A stretch of 63,958 nt of DNA, the filler included, from Octopus bimaculoides (taxonomy: Eukaryota): assembly GCF_001194135.2 (NCBI RefSeq). It is 8 parts of 7 records of this genome, joined end to end, with 100 filler letters (N's around TTAATTAATTAA, not from the genome) between each part and the next. Parts side by side here need not be neighbours in the genome. Positions count along the whole stretch, not along the records: positions 49,770 to 61,288 come from NC_068988.1; positions 61,389 to 63,958 come from NC_069005.1; 6 more parts are not named here. One strand, written 5' to 3'. Position 1 is the stretch's first letter, and every line of letters starts with the position of its first letter. Both the position numbers and the translations under genes were made by a program. Under the pieces are notes generated by a model. The model searched no databases, was not told where the DNA came from, and saw nothing but the letters and a program-made list of their open reading frames with translations. Positions 51,248-63,958 of the stretch are shown here, one piece after another.

Positions 51248-53595
51248 TTCAAATTCGTCTTACCCTAATTAAATTAGNNNNNNNNNNNNNNNNNNNNNNN
51301 NNNNNNNNNNNNNNNNNNNNNNNNNNNNNNNNNNNNNNNNNNNNNNNNNNNNNNNNNNNNNNNNNNNNNNNNNNNNNNNNNNNNNNNNNNNNNNNNNNNN
51401 NNNNNNNNNNNNNNNNNNNNNNNNNNNNNNNNNNNNNNNNNNNNNNNNNNNNNNNNNNNNNNNNNNNNNNNNNNNNNNNNNNNNNNNNNNNNNNNNNNNN
51501 NNNNNNNNNNNNNNNNNNNNNNNNNNNNNNNNNNNNNNNNNNNNNNNNNNNNNNNNNNNNNNNNNNNNNNNNNNNNNNNNNNNNNNNNNNNNNNNNNNNN
51601 NNNNNNNNNNNNNNNNNNNNNNNNNNNNNNNNNNNNNNNNNNNNNNNNNNNNNNNNNNNNNNNNNNNNNNNNNNNNNNNNNNNNNNNNNNNNNNNNNNNN
51701 NNNNNNNNNNNNNNNNNNNNNNNNNNNNNNNNNNNNNNNNNNNNNNNNNNNNNNNNNNNNNNNNNNNNNNNNNNNNNNNNNNNNNNNNNNNNNNNNNNNN
51801 NNNNNNNNNNNNNNNNNNNNNNNNNNNNNNNNNNNNNNNNNNNNNNNNNNNNNNNNNNNNNNNNNNNNNNNNNNNNNNNNNNNNNNNNNNNNNNNNNGAA
51901 GAAATGACCATCGTCCATCTACCTTTTCCTCGCGTGACCGTATTTTATTTCCTGCACGAACGTTCAAAGGAACGGATGTTTTTCTTTTTCTCTCTCCTCT
52001 CCCTTTTGTCTTTTCAAAACAAATGTTTCTCCCAACGTTCACTATTTTTCTCTTGTTCTGCTCTAACGAACCTCCATGTTTCTTTTCGTTCGGTTTCCTT
52101 GTATGTCTCCTCTGTCATAAGTTTATTTCCAAATTCGACCCTCCATAAATCTTAAATTTTCTTTTAGAATTTATAGGAGCAACTGTCTTTGAAGAGTCAT
52201 ATTGAATGCTCGANNNNNNNNNNTCAATATTATGCACCTTACAAAATTACAACTTTATGTTGTATTTATTAAGCGTAACGCCATTTTCGATAATATTGTA
52301 ATGTGAAAGCATTCTGTGATTGCAATACGTGTAACGTATTAGTCCTTCTACTGCATTAAACTATGATGAAAATGTTGGAAAAAAACACGCAGAATTCTAT
52401 TTAAATCATTTTATTCATTTATTGCAGGATATACTTGGACACTTCCAGGGATAAAAATGAACTATTATGTCGTTATAATATATTTTGCAGATCTGATAAA
52501 AGAAAGGCCCAAACATATCACAACAATATATTTGTATTGCATTGATGTATACATATCTCAAACAACATCCTTCAATCACAGTGGCTAAGTTCGGAATTGA
52601 ACGCAAAAGATTTGAATAGCAGCGGGTTATATATTCGTCACAGAATAGCTTTGAGTCACTTTTAACATCATTTAGTTGGAAAACTTGCAATGGATGTTCT
52701 TAACGTGGCATTTTTGTTGCAGTTTCATTAAAATAATTAGGCCGCAACATAGTTCTCTCTTCAAATCTACAGTCATATTCAACCAGAAACATTGACAGTC
52801 CGTCACTCTTCAGTAGGATTATTGTTGAAATAGATACTTATACTGATTATGCATTATTTCAGCAGAGACTATTCCATTGCCATTTCCACCTCCTCCGGCC
52901 CCAACGGTGTGGAATGATTCCTGAATTACCCATAAGAAAAAAGCCTCTTTTCATAGGGCATGGTGTTGTGCTGGATGATTCTACTGCAAAAGAAAAAGAA
53001 ATAATAATCGGATTGAGTACTGGAAAATGTATTATATACAAATTCAAGCATATTAAAAGAATAATATTAATTCAAAGTAAAAGTAATCTTTATATTAAGA
53101 AAGCTATATAGAATGTTTTTAAATCATATAAAAAATTTATAGGAAAGCTAACTCAGACATACCTGATGGAAATGTATGGAAATCATGTGTGAGCACATTT
53201 GGCATTTTTCAGCAGTTCAGCTGAGCGTGTTGTCCCATTAACATCGACATACGTGTGTTTGCACAGATGACCGTATGTTTCATCCTACTATCAGATGTGT
53301 TAATTGGCAATTATCTAAAATTATAGTTTAAAATCTATTCTTTTATCATACACGCGCGTGCGCGTGCAGGTACACAAGCACACTCATGCACACAGACGCA
53401 CACGTAGGAAAAAAACGCAGGCATATGAATACGTAAACACACACACACATACACACATACATATATATGTGTGTGTGTATGTGTGTATACACACACATAT
53501 ACGTACGTTGTTATGCGTAAATATTTATATGCATAGGAAATTCATCATATATATATATATACACATAATCGTACATGTATATCATATATTTATAT

Positions 53596-53658
<63 letters not shown>

Positions 53659-54554
53659 CATGTTGAAATATATGCATAAAAATTGCATATATTTCAACAT
53701 GTATTTCAACATGTATTCAACATGTATTCCCTGGTATTAAATTGATATTAATTAATATCCAATTGTTTACACTATTGTTTAATTTAATTAACCAGAACCA
53801 AATTCTCAAAGTTGGTATATTCGATGTGGGAACTTTTTTCGGCGGAGATATATCCAGATTTAGCGTGCAAAAACGAATACTTTTGAATCTTACCATAAAA
53901 TATAATTTAATAGAACCGTACACACGTGCTTCGCTTGTGGCGTACAACTTAGTGTGCGATGTTTGCACACAGCCAATTATACGTCACTATGAGTAGAGCG
54001 AAGAACTTCAGTAATTTCACAATTAGAGTCGACCAAACAGAAAATATGTATGAAGAAGTTTTCTAATCATATTGATATTATCGAAAGGAATATGATTCGT
54101 AATCTAAATAAGGAAATTTGTGAATAAATAAGAGTAAAAGCAAGTGTAAAATTCTTTAAACAGCTAAAATAAAAGTATAACTAAATAATGTTTTCTTAAT
54201 ACTTTCTGTGTAGTGGTCGAAGGACTGTCTGGCTTTCGTTAGGAGTGGTTCATATAAACATTCATGATACAGAGGCTGAGAGCGTATTGCAGTTCGGGGG
54301 TTAATCGTCATCACATGTCATTTCGTCGCATATACATGTCATAGAGATGCAATAGAATGCTGTATTAGCAACAATAATGCGCTTTCTCTAAAGACATCCC
54401 ACAGTAATTTATCAAGTCCATTTCACATTTCTCAATACATGCTGGTGTTCTGCATTCCATCCCTCGTTTTATGCATCCATCGTTGATGGGTAGATTTGCT
54501 AGTGTGAAGAATTATTCACTGTATCATAGTTGCTTTAAAAGACGCATACTAGCG

Positions 54555-54630
54555 TAGTAATCCCTAGACTTTCGCGAGTTTTACGTTCCAAAACCCACCG
54601 CGATAGGTTAAAATCCGCGAAATAGAAACA
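54555..54630 (+). mobile_element. Tigger/pogo-like terminal sequence remnant
   Basis: AGTAATCCCTAGACTTTCGCG...GTTCCAAAACCCACCGCGATAGGTTAAAATCCGCGAA resembles CAGTA-ending pogo-type termini; recognition only. Confidence 0.4.
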
Positions 54631-54853
54631 TCCCTATATTATATATTGTTCTTTATCATTTTTCATAATTTGTACATACTATTTGATTATAAGTGTAAAA
54701 CAACACCACAGAAGAAAGGAATCATCGGAAGCTTAAAAAGTATACTGTGATATGTGAGCCGCAAGAGTAATTTATGAGTTCAACGTTTGCGATGAGATGT
54801 CAGTGAAATCTTGCAATTTCGCCTGCAAAAGTGTTTCTATAAGGGCATATTAC

Positions 54854-54948
54854 CTGGCTGTACGATCATAATTTTATGTCTTTTACGCATAATCGTTAGT
54901 GATGATAAAAAATATTTTCCTTGCACCTCCGTCAAAATTATAATAAAT
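54854..54948 (-). CDS. Candidate internal exon (xFIIILTEVQGKYFLSSLTIMRKRHKIMIVQP)
   Basis: Acceptor tactttgttatcatctgttag, donor CAG|gtaata, 95 nt, one open frame, phase-compatible with 45690 (G+CA=Ala). Confidence 0.35.
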
Positions 54949-55711
54949 CTAACAGATGATAACAAAGTATATGAAACTTCAGTTCCACAAAAATACTTTC
55001 AAGTCGGTATTGCTTGAAAGTTCATTATTCTAAGAATTGAGGATTTGTTTTTGTCAAAGCAATATAGAAAGTAATGGCATAACATTATTTGAGTGCTCTG
55101 GAAGTGGCTTAAATATTTGGCTTTTGTTTCCTTAAGTGTCATGTGGTAACGTTTGGTGTTTTTCATCTTTAAAACAAATTAATGTTTACATTAAGTGAAT
55201 TTAAAGAAAGTTAACATGGAGAAGGATTTGATGGAGAAAATCACGTTAAAATATATTAGCTATGAAAAAATATGTAAACCGCAAAATTCAATGTGACTCA
55301 AAATATCAGGCTATATGAAAAGAAAACTTTAATTTGTTGTTTTGAAATAAAAGAAATCTATGAGAAGAATGTTGTAGTGAATTGCTCCTCAAAAATACAT
55401 TAGCTACAAAAACGTTCTGCGGCTATAAGTGACGAAGCAAAAACTGTGATCATTTTTGCAAATCAAAATATGCTTCTCATATTCTAAAACTTAGAGTTAT
55501 AGAAGAGGCACTCTGATGTCATAGGCCCCTTTGTTTACTTGTACATTGCCGTATTTAAACTAGGAACATAGACAGCCTAAATTAAATACCACAATGTTAA
55601 GAACATTATCCGAATCGTCAAAGCCGTTTTTCCTATATAATATTAATAAACAAATGAAAAAGAGAAGTGAGAAGTGGAACACAAATGTTTTTTTTTTCTA
55701 GTTTTTCTTAC

Positions 55712-55937
55712 CTTCTACAGCAAACAGCAGGAAAGCGAAAAAAGTGAAGAAAATTAAGAATTTTCGCGTTTTGGTAGTGTTCTTGTCAATAATCTGAGCA
55801 AAGACTGGTTCTGGAAGGTTTTTCCGCTGATATTTATTCATTTGGTGAACAATTGAAAGAAACAGCGTCAAATATTGGCCCACGATACGTATTCCTTCTA
55901 TGCTCCTTCGCATAACGTATTTGACGCACTTTCTCAT
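55712..55937 (-). CDS. Candidate first coding exon ending in a hydrophobic segment (…KTRKFLIFFTFFAFLLFAVE)
   Basis: ATG-initiated open frame with donor GAAG|gtaaga; phase 1, not directly compatible with 54948. Confidence 0.2.
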
Positions 55938-56901
55938 GACAAAAGACTCAAATTGTTAAAGCTGACAATTTTCTTCATAAATAAGAATAACGGAAAGTTA
56001 TTTTTACTCATCCGCGTCTGTTTGTGGTCACTTTAATAGTTTACATTTAAGGAAAAGGGAGTGATGGCATTTGAAAGCAGCAATTTTTGTAACATCTAAT
56101 AATAATACCATTATACTTTGAATATATGTTTTGCAGGCTGAGAATGCGTCACTAGCAGAAATACCGCATATAATAGGATGAATATATTAAGTTTGTAAAC
56201 ATGACATTTATTTTACAATTTACTGTAACAAATATTTCAGTATGAAACTGCATGATTTTGATGAAATGAAACAAATTATAATCCAACATGATGTATTTGC
56301 TCAATTCCAGCATCTTTTATAAGACACCGATCTATAAACAAATACTGAAATTAATATAATGTAAAACTGCTGAATTTTCAATGAATACAATCGCATTACA
56401 TTGTAAATATTATTCACTAATGGAGAAGACAAAAGTTCTGATAAAGTGAATTGCCATTACGGTGTTTGTTCTTTTAAGAGATAAGTTATAGTGATACCAA
56501 TAATAGACGTAATGATTTTAACAAAGACACAAGGCTAAATACAATTAGTGTTAGTACTGTCGATTAAATAGTGTCATTATTTTACTGATATCTTATCATA
56601 ACGAAGCTTAAATTGAAAATCAGTAACGTGAAATTTCAAAACCTGAAAGTAAACAAGTACAGTGAAATAAGGTAAAATAATTTCTTCGGGGCTGTACTTG
56701 CTAACATCGTAAATTTCTTCAGCTGAAATCAAACATTCACAGCCCAATTCAATCAGTAAGCAAGATTTTCGTTAGATTCACATTAAGCTAAAACGCTTCA
56801 CCTTCCTTCTTGCTAAAATCTTACATTTTTAAAGCGTACACTTTATTCATTCAAAGTGATATTGAAATTAGCTATCTGAAACTATTGTTCAAAGAACATG
56901 T

Positions 56902-56962
<61 letters not shown>

Positions 56963-57269
56963 CTGTCTCTCTGTNNNNNNNNNNATTCTGTCTCTCTGTC
57001 TTTCTCTCTTTTTACCAACACTCTCTCTATGAATCTCTCTTTCTCTCTTTCTTTCTCTCTTTCCATCAATCACTTTGTTCACTAATTTTGAAGGTTGTAT
57101 GGCAAGGAAGAGTTACATCTGAGTCACTTGGTGAACACAGTCCACTATTTCTTGTTGATGTTAAGATGAAATTCGTTTTCAGGAAGTGTGATGTTAGGAA
57201 TTTTGAAAAATACAACGTTAAATCGTTGGTGGTGGTGGTGGAGTTCAATGGAATCAGGGAAGGAAATGA

Positions 57270-57620
57270 AAGAACAGCTGAAGAAAGAATACTTCCGAAG
57301 TCGATGATTGGTGTTGCGCGCAAAATTGACTAGAATGAATAAAATCCAAGCAGTAAATACATGTTCGATAGCGTCACTTTGCTATGGAACTAGAATGATA
57401 AACTAGCAAAAGAATGACGAGCTGATGTGTATGGATACGAAGATATTGCATGGAGCATTCCATCCCAAGAGTGACACTGATCGATTGTACATGTTCGGAA
57501 GAAAGCGTGGGAGAGATTCTGTCAGTTGACAGAATTGTGTTGAATCTGAGGAAAACGGTTTCGGATGGAATGCAAAACATGCTGTCAAACCAAAGCTAAT
57601 GTATGCGTAAATATCTGCTT
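57270..57620 (+). mobile_element. R4/Dong-like LINE post-RT fragment
   Basis: NKIQAVNT...HGAFHPKSDTDRLY...CVESEENGFGW. Confidence 0.75.
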
Positions 57621-58603
57621 GAATCGAAGGTAATAATTGTTTTAAGAGAAATTTAAGGAGTAAAATAAACAAAATAAAATGGAATGTAGAATAGGCAGAG
57701 AGTCGGAGGAATTGTTTTGCGATTTTCACTGTTTTTGTATTTCACTGATTTTAACTTTCAAGATCTATATAGTAATATATCAGTAAAATAATGACATGAT
57801 TTAATCGAGAGTGCGCAAACTAACAATGTTTAGTCTTGTGTCTTGCTGAAGTCATTTCTTTTGTTGATAACATTATAGCTATTAACTCTCAGACAAACGA
57901 TAAATTATATATGCATTATTCGCTAATGGTTTACTAATGTTATGTTGTTAATTCACATTATATCCATATTCTTCTCCAAAAGTGAATAATTGTATATAAT
58001 ATAATGTGATTATATTCTGAAGAATTACCTCCCTTGCATTAAATTTGGATTTTATTTTTTTAAATTTTAATGTTGGTTTATATTACCTTAACTTCATTAT
58101 ACATTGTATTCAATTCACATAATAGTTCATATTTGCATACATGTACACCTTGCAGCAGAGATTCACACGTTTTTCGCATAATACTGTGTTATGACACAAC
58201 AGGATTCACAGAACGAATATGCGCAAAAATTTACGGACATATACCTCGACTAGAGACACAAAGTTATAATTTCTATGAATTCACAACACTATGTACCAAA
58301 TTTAGGGCATAAAGCATGTTTTAAAATATGTGAAAATAATACCTGTGAAATATATGAAAGTCTAAATTATATGCAAGGGAGATAATATCGTAAGAGTTGC
58401 TTCCCTTGAAGGTCATGTTTGTCCCTTCCACGCTCTCGCGATTTTTTTTTTTTTTTCTTTCTACATAATGGTTTCGAATACCAATATTCATGTGACATCC
58501 CTTACGATGATGTAAAAGTTAGCCTGGTTAAGCTACGACTAGAGAATATTGATCCACTAATGTGGCATTGTGCATTTACTCTAGCTGTTTGATATTGAAC
58601 TAC

Positions 58604-58634
<31 letters not shown>

Positions 58635-60433
58635 NNNNNNNNNNNNNNNNNNNNNNNNNNNNNNNNNNNNNNNNNNNNNNNNNNNNNNNNNNNNNNNNNN
58701 NNNNNNNNNNNNNNNNNNNNNNNNNNNNNNNNNNNNNNNNNNNNNNNNNNNNNNNNNNNNNNNNNNNNNNNNNNNNNNNNNNNNNNNNNNNNNNNNNNNN
58801 NNNNNNNNNNNNNNNNNNNNNNNNNNNNNNNNNNNNNNNNNNNNNNNNNNNNNNNNNNNNNNNNNNNNNNNNNTATATATATATATATAGGGAGAGATAG
58901 AAGCAATTAAGCGAATAAACAATTATACACATTAACTATATAATGGTTTGAGTATGAAAAATAAAATATATGTGTATGTATGCATGCAAAATGAGAGAAA
59001 GCAACATATGGAGACTTTCAGATGATGTATTTTTTAAGTATAAATATATAGATATAGAGTACAAAAGACAGACAAATTAAAATGGTGGGAAAAGGTGTTA
59101 TAAGCTCAACAGCTGTCTATTGAGACTCGGAGATTCATAATAATGCATTAATCTGAAATGTGAGATCTTCTCTATTCCGATGACGGAGGCTCATTTTATC
59201 ACACGTTGATTGCATCCATTGCGGCCTCATATTATGATGAACTACATCTAACAACATAAGGTGGAGGATGAGTTGAAATATTGTGGGTCTAAATCTAGAA
59301 TTCCATACTTTGTTTCTGTTCTGTTTATATTAACTCCATGGAAACCAAGGAATTCTTGAAGTAAATCCGGTAGCATATGCATTACTGCAGATGTTGACGT
59401 GGACGCGCTTTACTGAAGAGGTTTCTTTTCACTCTTTGAAAATTCGCACAAAAGAGAGAATATGCGATTCTTTCTCCTTGAGAACTAACTCTCTTTGGTT
59501 TTCTGTCTCCATCACACTATACACAGCTACCAGTAAGACCGCCACGCGAGACACTGACTGGATTCAAAATACAATCCATAAAATTGATGGCAGAGTGCCA
59601 TGGCGAGATGGAGTAAAAGGAAAATGATTCTTAATCATCCTGAGGGACACAACAAAAAAGACAATACAGCCAGAAATTCAACATTTGCACCCGACAAAAA
59701 CAAAACAGCGTTTCCGCTTTGGTCTGTGGTAGAAACAGTAAATGTGGCTACATAAAGGATGACTACGGAAGGCAAATTGATGCAGGATCTATATAAACAA
59801 AATGATGAAATTTGAAAGATATTCCAAAACGAATTACGAGATTTTTCTATATTTCTCCCTACTTCTTTCTCTCTTCCCTCCTTCTTCCACTGTTATAAGA
59901 AGAAAAGAACACAGAGAGAAAAAGAAATTGATCCTCGTAACTGTAACTTTAGTTTTAATTAACATAGATATAATAATTTGAAAATCTCTTGTTACGTCGT
60001 GGTGCAGATACTAAAAGAGGATGAAGAAATATCATACATAGCTACTATGATAATAATAAAGAATTAGTGGGAACTGTGAAAATTCCACAGAAAGAAAAAG
60101 ATTAAGAGAAGCTGTGTAAGAAAGAATTTCACTTCCGGCCACAATAATGTATTATATGGATTTTAAAATTTCTCTCTGCTAATCACTTTATATTTCTCTC
60201 TTTCTCTCTACTTCTTTAAATTTTTCACCATGTAATTCCCCTCTTCCTGTCATTAACATTTCTCTCTCTTTACCTTTTCCCCAGCACCCTATAGCACGCC
60301 ATTAGCACTTCTAGCTCCCACTTTTTGCTCATCGTCTTTTTCTCTCGCTCTTCGCATATCCCTTCAACTATCCACGTGATGCATTTGGCCTTCGTGTATT
60401 ATTATACTCCTCTCGTCTTTCTTCACTATTCAC

Positions 60434-60474
<41 letters not shown>

Positions 60475-60476
60475 AG

Positions 60477-60510
<34 letters not shown>

Positions 60511-60887
60511 ACACGCACTTTTACTCACTCCACATTGACCCCCACTAACTAACTAAAGTATATCGGGTGAACTAATAAGCAGATTATTATACAGATAATA
60601 ATTTAAATGTTGTAAGCAATAATACATAGGCTCTGTCCACTCATTCCAAAACAATATTCACAGAAGGCGATTCTCTCCCCTGATGTGAAATGACGCGATG
60701 AAACAGATATTGTTATAGCAAAATATATTCATTCTTTGAACTGGGAGGAGGCAATCAAAAAGACAAAATGGAATAGACAGGAGAAGACTAGATAGAAGAA
60801 GGGACACGAGGAACAAAACTTCATTGAAGAGACCACAGAATGTGTGATGAAGGAACTCTGACAAATAAACTAATAATCTTTACTACT

Positions 60888-61092
60888 CTAGGCACAAGGC
60901 CCAAAATTCTTGTGGGAAGAGGGCCAGTCAGTTAGATCTACTCCAGTATGCAACTGATACTTAATTTATCTACCTCGAAAGGATGACAGGAAAAGTCGAC
61001 CTCGGCGGAATTTGAACTCAGAACATAAAGACAGGTGAAATACCGCTAAGCATTTCGCCCAGCGTGTTAACTTTTCTACCAGCTCACCACCT
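60888..61092 (-). mobile_element. SINE family A copy
   Basis: Reverse complement of the 1356 and 17821 copies. Confidence 0.85.
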
Positions 61093-61389
61093 TACTACTA
61101 CTAATAATAATAATCATAATTAATTCGTTTTATTGGCCACAAGGGCTAATATCAATTAAAAACATATAAGGACAAAGACAGGACGAAGGTTACAAAAGGT
61201 TTTGTCCGAAAAGGTAGGAAAATTCGTCTAAACAGAGGAAGAAAACGGAGAAAGATATAATAAATAAATAAATAGATAAATAAATAAGNNNNNNNNNNNN
61301 NNNNNNNNNNNNNNNNNNNNNNNNNNNNNNNNTTAATTAATTAANNNNNNNNNNNNNNNNNNNNNNNNNNNNNNNNNNNNNNNNNNNNA

Positions 61390-61594
61390 AATACAGTTCT
61401 ATACTGAAGAGATGAGGAATTATGTACATTATTTACATTTGACGGATATTTCTCCTCATCTTGTTTGTTGTTAACACAACGTTTCGGCTGATATACCCTC
61501 CAGCCTTCATCAGGTGTCTTGAGGAAATTTAGAAACTGGGTTCTCATTCCTAAGGTATTTTTCGATGCTATTATTATTATTATTATTATTATTG

Positions 61595-61663
<69 letters not shown>

Positions 61664-61738
61664 TCACTACTTGGAATCGAATTCGGAATCTTGGGAGTTA
61701 GCAGCCCGCGCTGTTAGCCACTACGGCAATGGCCCGTG
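61390..61738 (-). mobile_element. tRNA head, (AAT)n, hammerhead composite unit without Penelope ORF
   Basis: Colinear with 28698-28992; similarity stops 3 nt upstream of the tRNA-like +1 (61735); 3' end abuts a gap. Confidence 0.8.
61473..61518 (-). ncRNA. Minimal type I hammerhead ribozyme
   Basis: GACAC-CUGAUGA-A-GGCUG-GAGGGUAUAU-CAGCC-GAAA-C-GUU^GUGUU. Confidence 0.7.
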
Positions 61739-62867
61739 TAGAAATGGCAATCAAATTCCTATCAAAACACAGCTTTTAGTCCGAGTAGAACACATTGGAT
61801 GATGGAGTCGACAGATGAATTCGTTGCACATAAAGTGATTCTTTTAGCTGCAGGCAACGAAGTGTATAGCTTAGCCGTTAGATGTTTCAGGGTGACTGTC
61901 ATTAGTCGTTAAGCCATCTCGCGTCTTTTGTCTTTAATCGTTAGATGCCGCAGTCTTTTGTCTTTAGTCGTTAGATGTCTCGGGTCTACTGCTTTCCACT
62001 ATCTTCCAGTTATCCTACCGCTGAACTCGAGTATAACGCTATGTCCATTTACGTTTTTTCTCTTACCTTAAATATTCTATAATTTGCGCGAGTAAATATA
62101 ATTTTTGTGCATCTCTGTCTGCCTGCCTGCCTGCCTGCCTGCCTGTCTGTTTGTCTGTCTGTTAAACAGCAACACAGAAGAAGCCTGTATGTGGTTGCTG
62201 GATTTGCTAGAAGTAGCAGTCAAAATACCTTCAAGTCGCACTCTACTGGTTTACAATAAGTGGGACGTAGTCAATGAAGTCCTGACGTGGATGGTCACTG
62301 TTGGAACGACTCTGATCGCAGGACTACTCAAACAGGACACATTGTCGTTTGGGGTTCAACAACAACAGCAATACTATACAAAGGCATATAAACACACACA
62401 CACGCACACACTCCTTCTCTCTCACTCTCACATACACACGCACGCTTACATATACTAATACGCATGCGCACTTGCTCAGGGACAGAAATACACAGAAATG
62501 CATATGCACATATATACACACATATACAATCATATACACGTTTTACGAGTGTCCCCTGTTCCATATCGAAACTTCGTAAACATATCACACCAGTCCCGAC
62601 TCCACCACCAGACACGTTCAAATAAANNNNNNNNNNNNNNNNNNNNNNNNNNNNNNNNNNNNNNNNNNNNNNNNNNNNNNNNNNNNNNNNNNNNNNNNNN
62701 NNNNNNNNNNNNNNNNNNNNNNNNNNNNNNNNNNNNNNNNNNNNNNNNNNNNNNNNNNNNNNNNNNNNNNNNNNNNNNNNNNNNNNNNNNNNNNNNNNNN
62801 NNNNNNNNNNNNNNNNNNNNNNNNNNNNNNNNNNNNNNNNNNNNNNNNNNNNNNNNNNNNNNNNNNN

Positions 62868-62911
<44 letters not shown>

Positions 62912-63113
62912 AGAGAGAGAGGGAGAGATAGATAGATAGATAGATAGCAAGAGAGAGACAGATAGGCAGCTAGATAGCAAGACGGACAGACAGACAAACA
63001 AATAGACAGACAGATAGATAGATAATTAGATAGAAAGGTAGATAGACAAGTAGAAAGGCTATAGATAGACAGGTAGACAGACTTACTGACGGATATATAG
63101 GTAGACTAACAAA

Positions 63114-63154
<41 letters not shown>

Positions 63155-63244
63155 GAATAAATACATAGATGGGTAGAGAGAGAGATTGAGAGTTAAAAAT
63201 GAGATGTAAGGCTGTACTAGTAGTGTCCATGTGTTTCTTAAGGA

Positions 63245-63266
63245 TGACGTGGTCCCAGTGACGTCA
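63245..63266. promoter_or_regulatory. Adjacent CRE/ATF-type motifs
   Basis: TGACGTGG (63245-63252) and the palindrome TGACGTCA (63259-63266); motif match only. Confidence 0.2.
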
Positions 63267-63594
63267 TATGCCCTAACAGCCTCCCCCGACAAGTCAGACA
63301 GCCAGACACTGAGAGAGGGATAGTGAGAGGGATAGAGAGAGAGAGAGAGAGAGTGGAAGGTAGAAGGAGGGGGCATTTCATGCTTGTCCCTTGTCAGCTG
63401 GTTTTTCTATTGTCTTCAGGATGTCGTAAAGGATGATGGTGGTGGTGGTGGTGGTAGTGGTGATGGTAGTGCTAATGGTGGTGGTGGTGGTGGTGATGGT
63501 GGTGGCGGTGGCGGTGGTAATGCTGGATGCTGTTTAGCCCCAGGTAAATCCTGTTTGAGCCATAGTCAAAGCGTTCAAACCATAACCCTTTTGT

Positions 63595-63628
<34 letters not shown>

Positions 63629-63958
63629 CATGTGTGCGTGTCAGTGTGTGTGTGTGTATGAATGTATGTGTTTCTAGGTATATATATATATATATGTGTG
63701 TGTGTCTGTATACATATATGATATATATATATCCTTATACATATATGAATTATACATACATACATACATACATACATGTATGTATATGTATGCGTATATA
63801 TATTTATGAAAACGTATATACAAGCAGGGATATACTAGGTATCCATCTTTTAAAGATATGAGGGAGATTTGGTCGTTATTTCTAGCAGGTTAGTGATGTT
63901 TATGTTCGTCAGTCCAAGTTATACATACGTACTTATATATATATATATATATATATAT

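Noticed and set aside
53163-53314. Minus-strand segment with good AG/GT sites
   Set aside because: All three frames contain stops.
55798-55900. Plus-strand peptides AKTGSGRF (DEAD-box-like) and ADIYSFG (kinase-like)
   Set aside because: Short isolated matches in different frames, bounded by stops; chance.

Overview
Draft-assembly eukaryotic genomic DNA: AT-rich, microsatellite-dense, with many N gaps and artificial TTAATTAATTAA gap linkers. The repeat landscape suggests a coleoid cephalopod such as Octopus (inference). Almost all ORFs in the supplied track are microsatellite or gap artefacts. One host exon is firmly recognisable: 35711-35796 (+), [28 protein letters not shown], from an SVOP/SV2-related MFS transporter, with a plausible upstream exon at 27826-27942. 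Several strong-splice-site, single-open-frame candidate exons on the minus strand (54854-54948, 45590-45690, 17612-17696) could belong to an unidentified interleaved antisense gene. The rest is mostly transposon debris: mariner, R4/Dong-like, L1/Tx1, CR1, RTE and Penelope-like (PLE) fragments, plus four tRNA- or RTE-related SINE families (my labels A-D). The most interesting signal is RNA-structural: five hammerhead-ribozyme motifs in PLE termini. Two of them sit in a composite unit (tRNA-like Pol III head, (AAT)n, hammerhead) found once attached to a Penelope endonuclease C-terminus (28698-29190) and once as a free unit starting at the tRNA +1 (61390-61738), suggesting a PLE-mobilised, ribozyme-bearing SINE. 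Another carries a non-canonical CUGUUGA core. No database searches or folding computations were run.
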